From: Eledone cirrhosa | Lineage: Eukaryota | Length of the DNA: 64,000 nucleotides | Direction of reading: 5' to 3' | NCBI GenBank assembly: GCA_964016885.1 | Contig: OZ024744.1 | Coordinates: 29,326,001 to 29,390,000 of the forward strand | In this document: positions 54,060 to 64,000 of the stretch, one piece after another | Layout of the letters: every line of letters begins with the position of its first letter | Position numbering within the stretch: position 1 is the stretch's first letter | The notes under the pieces: generated by a model | Database searches by the model: none | What the model was told of the DNA's origin: nothing | Seen by the model: only the letters and a program-made list of their open reading frames with translations | Made by a program: the position numbers and the translations under genes

Positions 54060-54400
54060 TTTCTTTAACAACAAGAAAGTCAACCATTTCTTCAAATATT
54101 CTCATATTTACATTTGATTGTCTATTGAGAAGATCAGAATAGTGCAGTGCTCATAGCTTTTGTATGGATGTGACATCGGTAAAGAGTTGTTGGTCGTCAA
54201 CAGATCTCACTGGGACTATAGACGTTGATCTAGGACCAAAAACCTCTTTTACAAAAAAGGAGTCTTTTTTATCTTTACAGTTTAGAGAAGCTTGCACGTC
54301 TTTTGCTTTTTGGTGAGACCACTTATCTTTCATTCTTCGGAGGCTACACTGAATTTCTATTTTAATAAATTTATATATCAATTATGTCTTAGCATTTATC
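54060..54400 (-). mobile_element. RTE LINE linker fragment
   Basis: LRRMKDKWSHQKA...KEVFGPRSTSIVPVRSVD aligns with HMKDQWWSEKA...REVYGPFSSLVTPLRSKD of the 46.5-50 kb RTE. Confidence 0.7.
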
Positions 54401-54959
54401 GACTTAGAATTTTTTGCTTTGTTGTTTCTATGTAAACAGAAGCTGATTTAGCAGCCAGCTTGACAGCGGAAATAGGTAGGACCAATAATTATCACTACCA
54501 TTACCAAGAAGAAGACAACGACAGCAACAATGACAATAACAACGTCCTCGCATCTTCGGTGAAAGAAGGCATTCGATCCCCAGCAACCAGCCTAGCAGCC
54601 GAAATACGTATCAGTATTAACTACCACTACCATCAACAAGAGGAAAGATACGACAGCAGCAGTGACGAAAACAACAATAACATATATATGTATACACCAA
54701 CATCTTACCAGCAAACACTCCCACTACCATTAACAAGAGGAAGTCAACTCCACCATCAATGACAATAGCAACCTTTGGGTTTTTCCGCTGGGAAAACAAC
54801 CCTCTGTTTTCTTTTTGTACGTTCATCCATTCATTTATTTATTTATTTGCTAACTTTCTTCTTTCTTGTATGTCACCCTCCATGCACCCCTTCTCTTTTA
54901 TCTTGTCTTCTGTCGCCTCCATATCTGATGTAGGTGAGCTCATACCAACACTTTCCCTT

Positions 54960-57511
54960 CCACCCACATACAGTTGTGCCTAGCACCTAGGCCGGAGACA
55001 ACCAGTCACTCACCCCTGATGCCACTTGGTGCCCCAGTCCCCGGCTCCACGCCCCCTCCTCCATCCCACCAGTCGACACCGGCAGCACTTGCAGCACCAC
55101 GAACAGACGGACGAGGGGCCGGAACTGTTGGGAGTGCGGCTGCTTCCACCACCTCACCGGTGATGGCTTGACGAGTCGAGCGTCCAGTGCCCTCGCAGCG
55201 AGGAGATGCAGAAACTGTCTCTTTCCCTTGTCTGCCTAGTCACAGCCGTCTGGCACTCCACCAGATGAGGGAGCGAGCTTGCCTGATGCCCAAGCCTTGC
55301 TGGTCAACATCGTTCAGCTCAGGCGGCTCCGGAAGATTCCGCTCAGGATCCCGAGAACGACCTGGGTGCCAGTAGCCGATGCCCTCCCTTCCTCGATTGA
55401 GAGTGCCCTGGACTCCAATCGAGATAGCGACTGGGAGCGCCTCTTCTATTTCGCTCCACTCGCCCTCGGCGAGGGTGATGTCTCGGCCGTAGTCAGAGTG
55501 GTTGCTTCAGAGGACACTGTCCTCCAACCCACCGAGAAGGTCCTGGCTGCCCTGCGACTCAAGAACCCTGAGCCACCCACTGACCTCCGACCCATACCTC
55601 CACCCGATCCCCACCTGCTTCTTGTGGCTTCCGACACGTACATCATGTCTGCCATCAAGTCCTTCCCAGCTAGCAGCAGCGGAGGTGCTGATGGTCTCCG
55701 ACCAGGCCACCTCAAGGAGTTACTATCCCCCCTCTCCGCTGAGGACGGGCGCCGCCTTCTGAGCGCAATTGTGGCACTCACCAATAGGCTTAACCATGGT
55801 GCCCTGCATCCTCACGCCCGTGGCCTCTTTTTTTAGGCTAGCCTGACCGCTCTCAGGAGGAAAGAGGGTGGCATACGCCCCATCGCTGGGGGGCAATGTA
55901 TTCCGGAGGCTGGGTTCTAAGGTTGTCTGCACGTCCATAACACCTGAACTGGGTGAGGAGTTCAGTCCGGTGCAACTGGGTGTCGGCGTGTCCGGTGACT
56001 GTGAGGGGGCCGCACATGCAACCAGGCAGTTCTTCAACAGCTGCCCACCGGAACCGGCATCCAGGGACTCAAGGCACCTCATTGTCAAGCTTGACACGAG
56101 GAATGCCTTTAACTGCATACGCCGGGACCGTAGAGACTGTCTGCCACGACCTTCAATCGGTGGTTCGTTCCCTGGCGGGATCGGCCTCCAGGTCAACTCG
56201 TCCAAGTCGGAGGTGGTGAATGTCAGCCATAATGCCGGTCATCCGCTCCACCATCAGGTCTTGGCTCCAACAACTCCAGACCCTCACGAGCCGACTGAGC
56301 TTAATTGACGGCCACCCAGCTCTCTTTCTGTTGAGGAACTGCTTCGCCATGTCAAAGCTCCTCTATACCCTTCGCATTCCGTGATGCAGCTACGCATCTC
56401 TCCTCGCTGACCTCGACACTTGTATCCGAGCAGTAGCTGAGGAGATATGAAATGTCAGGTTTGACGACATTGGATGGCAACAGGCCACTTTACCTGTCAG
56501 CCTTGGTCTCCGGTCCCCGATCTCGCTGGCTTTGCCGGCGTTTCTTTCATCGGTAACTTCATGCCACGTCCTCGTCAGCAGGGTTCTCCAAAACACAATA
56601 GAACCCTCTGTGATCAGGCAACTTGAGGCCGCCTGTAAGACGTGGGACCGGCTGGGACTTAGCCCAGTAGACGTCCATTCTCCTTCTACCCCTGCTGAAG
56701 TCCCCCCAATTGGGATTCCATCCAGTGCAGCCTGGCCTCAAACAGGCTCACGCGCCAGCTCGACTAGCACCACCTTGCCTGTTTTCGTGCGGCCTCCAAA
56801 CCCCACAGTGATGCCTGGTTCCATGCCTTGCCCTCCTTCTCCACTGGCACGCACCTGGATAACGATAGCCTGCGCATCGGCGTTTCTTTGAGGCTTCGAC
56901 TCCGGATCTGCGAGCCACATAAATGTCGCTGTGGATCCACGGTGAACTCTTTCGGCCTCCACCCGCTTTCCTGTCGCCACAGTGCCGGCCGCCTTCCACG
57001 CCATGCTGCCCTCAACGAGGTCATAAAGCATGGCTTGGACGCTTCAGGCTTCCCCTCCCGGCTGTAGCCGGTGGGGCTGGACCGAGAGGACGGCAAAAGG
57101 CCAGACGGTATGACGATCTTCCCGTTCCGCGGTGGCAAATCCCTCGTCTGGGATGCCACTTGCAGCGACACTATCTCCAACCGCAACCTGGTGCAGTCTG
57201 CGACTAACCCAGGTACTGTTGCACGTCGGGTTGAGGAAGCCAAGCTCTTCAAGTACCGGTCGCTCTCCGACAAGTTCGCGGTCGTGCCCTTGGCAGTGGA
57301 GAATTCTGGTGTCCTTGGCCCTAGGGCTACCTCCCTACTCACCACCATAGGCGCTGAGCTAGCCAGCCGCAGGTATGAGCCTCGCGAGTTGGAATGGCTC
57401 TTCCAGCGCATCTCCCTTACCAGCCTACGGGGAAACGCCTTCTCCATTCTGTCCATCGGGACTGTGGGGCGGCCAGCACGTGGGTTCCTATTTGATCACC
57501 ATACGGATTAA
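54960..57511 (+). mobile_element. Degenerate CRE-like non-LTR retrotransposon (partial RT, Cys/His knuckle, RLE)
   Basis: SSGGADGLRPGHLK, QLGVGV..CEGAAHA, VKLDTRNAFN, CRCG...GLHPLSC...RH..LN, RPDGMT...LVWDATC.DT, VPLAVE..G and QRISL...RGNA. The RT core is largely deleted. Confidence 0.85.
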
Positions 57512-57691
57512 CGCAAATAAATTATGTATTAAAATTCTCGAATATTTTAAAAACTCTCCAATAAGATAATAAAAATTAAATTGAAGCGTTAATTTACATT
57601 CGAGCCAACAATAAAAAAAAGGGCAGTAGAAAAAAGAAAAAAGATTAGTAATTAACAAGTGATTATCAATAAGCAAATCTGGTGCTGTCTT

Positions 57692-58238
57692 AGATCTATT
57701 GTGGAAGATGTTACATGTCTAGACTTGTAATTCTTACATCTGTTGTGGAAGATGTTACATGTCTAGACTTGTAATTGTTATATCTGTTGTGGAAGATGTT
57801 ACATGTCTAGACTTGTAATTCTTACATCTGTTGTGGAAGATGTTACATGGCTAGGCTTGTAATTCTTAGATCTGTTGTGGAAGAGGTTACATATCTAGAC
57901 TTGTAATTGTTACATCTGTTGTGGAAGATGTTACATGTCTAGACTTGTAATTCTTACATCTGTTGTGGAAGATGTTACATGTCTAGGCTTGTAATTCTTA
58001 GATCTGTTGTGGAAGATGTTATATATATATAGACTTGTAATTCTTATATCTGTAGCCCAAAGATGTTACATGTCTAGACTTGTAATTCTTACATCTGTTG
58101 TGAAAGATGTTAATGTCTAGACTTGTAATTCTTACATCTGTATCCCAAAGATGTTACATGTCTAGATTTGTAATTCTTACATCTGTTGTGGAAGATGTTA
58201 CATTATAGACTTGTAATTCTTACATCTGTAGCCCAAAG
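57692..58238. repeat. 44-bp minisatellite, ~12 copies
   Basis: atctgttgtggaagatgttacatgtctagacttgtaattcttac, period 44. Confidence 0.95.
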
Positions 58239-58497
58239 TAGAAGATGCTTAATGTCTATATTTGAAATTTGAGATATGAATTTCTCCCATGAATTTTCTC
58301 GTTGAAGTGAGACACATTTTATTGCATCATGAACATTTTTCAGTAAAGTGAAGGAATTAAGGTTTGCTATGTTAATTCTCTTTGGTTTGCTAGAGCCTTC
58401 CTTTCTAATTTTAGGCTGGATTGAAAAATAGCTGACGGTCTGTCCAGCATTCTGTTCCTTTCATAGCTGGAACACTGTTGACATCTTTCAAATCTGA

Positions 58498-59095
58498 TTG
58501 GAGTACCATGACATAGTCAATAACATGTCTGAGCTTTTAAATATGATAAATAGAAAACTGCCGGAGATTACCGGTGGTTTATATAGGGATGACATTTTAT
58601 TTACGGTGGTCAAACACAACAATATAGAACTAAATAGAGTAATGAAAAGTATAATAGAATTCTTTAAAATGTACGACCTTAAGTTAGAAGTAGAAAATGG
58701 TACCAAAATAGTTAATTTCCTAGACGTTACCTTTAACTTAAACACTGGCTTCTATTACCCTTTTCATAAGCCCAATGAAAACTTAAACTATGTTAGTAAC
58801 CATTCCAATCACCCTAAATCTGAAAAAAAAATATTCAACACAAATACCCTTCCATTTTTAATAGATATACCATTAAATTCTCGTATTCTACAACTATGAA
58901 CATGGCCCAAATTAAACACTAAAATCCTAAAACAAAACCAGCATAATGATCTTAATAATAGAGTTAACATAAATGATACTAAACCAAAATGTAATTGTAG
59001 AAATAAAAGTGATTGCCCTTTGCAAAATAATTGTCTAGATAGTAATTTGGTTTATAAATACACCGTAAAAACTGATCACAACACAAATATATTTA
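58498..59095 (+). mobile_element. Penelope-like RT and linker fragments
   Basis: GLYRDD, VNFLDVTFNL, YPFHKPN...YV...SNHP, then CNCRNKSDCPLQNNCLDSNLVYK at ~58990-59060. Confidence 0.85.
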
Positions 59096-59903
59096 ACTTT
59101 AGCATGCCTCAATTTATTTTATTTTATTTTCGTTATCATTTACCTAAAATATACTGGCTCATTAATATATATCTATATACATAATCGTTATTTAAATATT
59201 TCTAACAATAAGTACTTCAGAAGCTTTACATACCAAATATATTGACATTGATTATCTTCGTTAAAGTTTACATTTAGGAAAATATTCAACAGTGTAAACT
59301 TTCCTTTCCGCTGGCCAGCTAAATCCTTTAAATGTTATCCTCATAAAATTCAGAAGTTTAGAAATGTTAACACACTTATAGAATTTACAAAACTAATAAA
59401 TATAAATAACCAGCAATTTAAAAAAACCCCCTAAAATCTTGATTCTTCACCCTAAAATAGCATAAATTAAATATTTTCAATTTAACCGTTTAACTTTCGG
59501 AAAAATCTCCTTCTGCATATATTACCCCCCTTATCTTTCCCTCTCTATAAATCCTATTCCAGTGGCTCTCATTGACTGTTATAATTCATGAGATGTTTTC
59601 CTAGATAAACATAAATTGTAGTATCATACATTTTAAAATCTCTATAACTATTACATTAAGCAACGTTTTTCACACATTCTCTATTGTATTTATTACGTTT
59701 TCGCATTTTCTCATTATTAGGGTATAAATGTTAAACTTTCTCTTAGGTTAATCACTACGTTGATTAAATCTTAACCATTTAACATCTCAGGGTATGTCAT
59801 GTATCATTATATTTTTTCTGATGAGGACATACTGTTGTACATCCGAAATATGTATAATAAAATGTAATTGATCAAAAGAACATATATTTTATTAATATTT
59901 GTA

Positions 59904-59940
<37 letters not shown>

Positions 59941-60002
59941 GTGGAACACTAGAAGGTAATATCCGTAGTGGTAGAGCTCTCAGTCCAAGGGACGAGTTAG
60001 GT

Positions 60003-60421
60003 AGAAGTGGTTACACAACAGTTAGTTCACCATACCGAGAACAATTGTTTCACGTTCGTGGATCTTCAGCTCGGGATGTGTGTGGTTATAGGAACAGGAA
60101 GGACAACCGTACGAACGCGCATGCGCAGAAACTCGGTCACTTCACATAAAATTACAAAGAATCAGTCCGGAGCCTTGTAGTTATGCAATAGATGTTTGGT
60201 GACGTGTAGACAACGTGTGAAAAGTTCACTTCTCGTGTTTAGGCAATCACTATTGCGTAATCTCTTTAAGATAGTTATTCGTTCGTTAATACATAAGCCA
60301 CACGTCGGATTTCCCCTTGCGTATGGCTTGGACTTAGTGATGGCTTTCCATCACTTGCTGAAGATCCGCGAAAGTGAAACAATTGTTCTCGGTATGGTGA
60401 ACTAACTGTTGTGTAACCACT

Positions 60422-60425
<4 letters not shown>
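60003..60425 (-). mobile_element. Miniature 5'-truncated Penelope-like element with inverted ends and a 3' hammerhead
   Basis: Minus frame 60350-60162 reads WKAITKSKPYARGNPTCGLCINERITILKRLRNSDCLNTRSELFTRCLH..., the GIY-YIG C-terminus. 60003-60069 is inverted at 60358-60425. Confidence 0.85.
60035..60074 (-). ncRNA. Hammerhead ribozyme motif in the 3' region of the Penelope-like element
   Basis: ccgag-CTGAAGA-tccacgaacgt-GAAA-caattg-TT-ctcgg. Stem I is perfect, stem III is the palindrome ACAATTGT, the site is GUU, and stem II is weak. Confidence 0.7.
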
Positions 60426-60516
<91 letters not shown>

Positions 60517-60519
<3 letters not shown>

Positions 60520-61108
60520 TGTATATATAGTGTACTTTGCAATACACTGTATGCTTAATTAAAAGACCTTACGCTATTGTTTTAGAGTAGTGACAGTCTC
60601 ACTTACTTTAAATTTTCAGCAAACAAGGGGAGATAAAGCTGACAGGGCTCTGTTTCGTACTGATTGGTACTTATCAAGGCCAAGTACTCCACCTGTTTGC
60701 TGAAAATCATGAATGTTTCCTTCTTATAGAATTCTAGTAATAATCAAGAACTGATTATACAGAGCGGTTGCCGGTTAAGCAGAAATTGAAAATTAGAATT
60801 TGTGCTCTGAAATAGCGATATATATATATGAATGTATATATAGTGTATTTTGCAATACACCGTATGCTTAATTAAAAGCATTTCGAAAACCTTACGCTAT
60901 TGTTTTAGAGTAGTGACAGTCTCACTTACTTTACATTTTCAGCAAACAAGGGGAGATAAAGCTTGTTTGCTGAAAATTTAAAGTAAGTAAGACTGTCACC
61001 ACTCTAAAACAATAGCGTAAGGTCTTCGAAATGCTTTTAATTAAGCATACAGTGTATTGCAAAATACACTATATATACATTCATATATATAGCGCTAGTT
61101 CAGAGCAC
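60517..61108. repeat. Diverged relative of the 310-bp unit: ~1.4 tandem copies of a ~313-bp unit plus an inverted partial copy
   Basis: Shares gagcggttgccggt...gcagaaatt...tgctctgaaatagcgatatata and cttatagaat with satellite A. A degenerate minus-strand hammerhead lies at ~60645-60678. Confidence 0.75.
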
Positions 61109-61786
61109 CAATACGTATTTTTCTCGAGAATCAGTTCTTTTGTTGCTACAGTCCTCGTGACTGAGTTAACGGTCGCTATCTTCAATTTGCAAAGCCCTTT
61201 AAACGGAATGTTATTACTCTAAGGTTTTATACCCTATCGAGTGCTTGGCTGCACATCTGATTGCATTCGTTGGCTTAGCTGCGGCTCGAGCTTCGACTAT
61301 GCTGTACTTCCATATATATATAAATATATATCCTTGAAATATGTATAATAAAATAAATATGGTTTTATAAATATAGTTTCCATTTGTTAATATCGTATAT
61401 TTACTCCAAATACTTGTCGAGTGCTTTATATCAGTTATAAAAATATTTGCTTGTTGTATCCCAACAATTTAAATATAACTTTTGCATATAAATATATATA
61501 TATATATATAAAATATAGCGGTTTACATATACATAAACTAGACAGAGCCATAGTTATATATATATATATGTGTTTTTGGCAACTATTCACGGTGTGGCTC
61601 AATGACGAATTAATTAATTAAATAATTAACAATCAGAGCAATATATAAGAAAGTAAGTCCATAGAATCATTTGATAAAATATATACAGTATTTCTCCTCC
61701 CAATCAGTATAATCAACCACATAAAAAATCAAATAAACGAGGCTATAAGTTTAAAATGTACCTATGAAGAAACAATAGATAAATAA

Positions 61787-61900
61787 TTGTTTCTACTTTT
61801 GGCACAAAGCCAGCAATACCCAGTAAATTACTGGTACTTTACTTTATGGACCCCGTAAGGATGAAAGGCAAAGTTAACCTCGGCGGGATTTGAACTCAGA
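61787..61900 (-). mobile_element. SINE copy (5'-truncated)
   Basis: Homologous to 25900-26012. Confidence 0.85.
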
Positions 61901-63183
61901 ATGATAGCTATTTTATCCGCGACCCACAGCCACAGAATATTTACCTGGTATTTCTAATATCCCGTAGAAATTGACTAGACATATAGCTAACCATACACAA
62001 TTAGGTACAAAATCAAAGTTAGAAGAACAATTGTACATAAACATACCAAAATTATGTTTTTACACCCGGGGGTTTCATTCGCTTTTTTGAAATATCCAAT
62101 CATGGATAAATCAACGAGTTTCGAAATCATCAGGAAACAAACTCAATTAGACAAAGATTTTTCTTAAATGATCCCCGCCAGAAACGAATTCGAAATGGCT
62201 AAGAATTGTCACATGGCCTGTGGTCAAGTCAGAAAGCTTGTGATTGGTGCCTGACGGCGAGTAGGCTGGTTGCTAGAAAGCACAGCCGAATATTGCCTAA
62301 AGTTTTACTCAACCTTACGGGAGTATATAAAATATAGAGGTTTACATATACAGAAACTAGACAGAACCATATATATATATATATATATGCTTTTGGCAAC
62401 CATTTACGGTGTGGCTCAATGACGAATTAATTAATTAAATAATCAACAATCAGAGCAATATATAAGCAGGACCAACAACAACTGCAAAGACCACCAAGAT
62501 CATCTATGGACCACTCCAAAGAAGCTCTCCTTCTCCCCCCTCTCGAACACACACACACTCCCACTTACATCTGACACAAACACAGAAACCTCTTCATCAC
62601 TGAGCGAAGATGAGGAGGAACACCAGAAGCCAAAAAAGAAAAGAAAAAAAAGAAAACACAAGAAATCTCACACACCAACACAAACAGCAAACAAAAAAGA
62701 CACATTCGCACCAAACACAGACACACATACTACAACACCCACCCCTGCAACAACACAACCTTCAACACAAACACCATCTACACCAACAACACTACCACTA
62801 ACACAAACAACTAAAAGAAAACACACACAGCAGCAACTCACAACCACAACAACACCTAACTTTATGTCAGTGAGGAAATCGAACACAAAACTACTGAACC
62901 TCATAACACGCAGCAAGGAAATAGAGAAAGAGGGGGAGGCGTTTAACACCTGCACCTTAAAGGTGCCACAAACACTTTTTCTGGGGCGAATGCCATTAAG
63001 CAATTATAAAACAATTAGGGAGAGCTTCCCCAACGATATGGGAACACCCAGTGTAAAAGCCTCAAGTAGGCTTTTAAAGGGGTTCCCAAAAGAAACCCGA
63101 CCAACCATGGAGGTCGAACCACCCGACCTTCACAAGAGCCCGGGAGGTAAGTAAACCTTTCCTCTCTCTTTTAGCCTGCCTAC

Positions 63184-64000
63184 ATGGCCATATTAATTGT
63201 AGCAAGTTTAAATGTTCGAGGCCTGGGATCGTCCTGGAAGCAGGGTCACCTGCTCAACGATCTCAGGTCCCTAGAAATGGATGTAATTGCCATCAGCGAG
63301 ACCAGGATTTCTGACACGCGTGCACTAGCCCCTATTTTGACGACTATCAGATCTTCATATCTGTTAGTCGGTCGGGAATGGGAGGTGGGGTAACAGTGGT
63401 GTTTAGGAAGGGTTGGATCTCAAGGTAAGGTCGATCTTCCGAGACCCGGATGGTAAGTTGGTGGTCCTGGACATGAACAATAGCGAGGGTGGTGCCTTTA
63501 GGCTGGTGGCAGTCTACGCTCCTACCGGGGCAGGACGGCCGGATTTCTTTAAACGCCTGGAAGCCTTTCTGGCTACGTCCGGCCCTTTACTGTTAGCGGG
63601 GGACTGGACCGGCATCTGAGGCGCACGCTGGGACTGTGTGGGAGTATCTGATAGGAGCTGGGGGTGGGGGGGTGTAAAAGCATCAAGTACTTGATCAACC
63701 AGTTCCAACTGTCTGACAGGTACCGACTAGATTTCTTTAATGCGCCAGTGTGAACCTGAACAAACCGTTTAGTGAATCTAGATCGCACTTAGATAGGTTT
63801 CTAATTAGATTAGTGGATAAGGATAGTATAGGGTGTCCACAATTACATACGGTCACCACAAGTTTGTGATCTATATGGTCGATCTAGATAAGACGCGTAG
63901 TTTAGGACTTGGTTACTGGAAGTTGAACATGTCGTTTCCGGCACGTAAGGCTTACAGGGACCGGGTCAACAATTTAGTTAAGCAAAAGTTGACAGAAGGC
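63184..64000 (+). mobile_element. Degenerate L1/Tx1-type LINE ORF2 start (APE endonuclease), running off the window
   Basis: ASLNVRGL, DVIAISETR, DPDGKLVV, LVAVYAPT, LLAGDW and GYWKLN, with frameshifts. Confidence 0.85.

Noticed and set aside
58245-58490. Possible LINE linker remnant (minus strand ...RENSWEKFISQI)
   Set aside because: Too short to assign with confidence.

Overview
Gene-free, AT-rich eukaryotic (animal) repeat region. The SINE sequence and microsatellite style suggest an octopod cephalopod, which is my inference. No host protein-coding gene is supported. The first ~26 kb are two abutting tandem arrays: a 310-bp unit (x5) and a ~419-bp unit (about 47 ribozyme-bearing copies, counted by hand). 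Every monomer of both arrays carries a type I hammerhead ribozyme motif with a palindromic, dimer-type stem III. The two ribozymes face opposite strands, share the same unusual geometry (U.U at 10.1/11.1, 4-bp stem II, AAUA loop, GUA site) and differ by compensatory changes. These look like retrozyme-type ribozyme satellites. The large array contains a duplicated 5'-truncated Penelope-like (GIY-YIG) element and has an octamer motif in essentially every monomer. The rest of the window is nested retroelements: two near-intact R4/Dong-type RLE LINEs plus degenerate relatives, an RTE LINE and its bipartite non-autonomous derivatives, a CRE-like element, a Tx1/L1 5' part, tRNA-derived SINEs, a young non-coding LTR element with a tRNA-Trp PBS, several Penelope relics with hammerhead motifs, fold-backs, and mini- and microsatellites.
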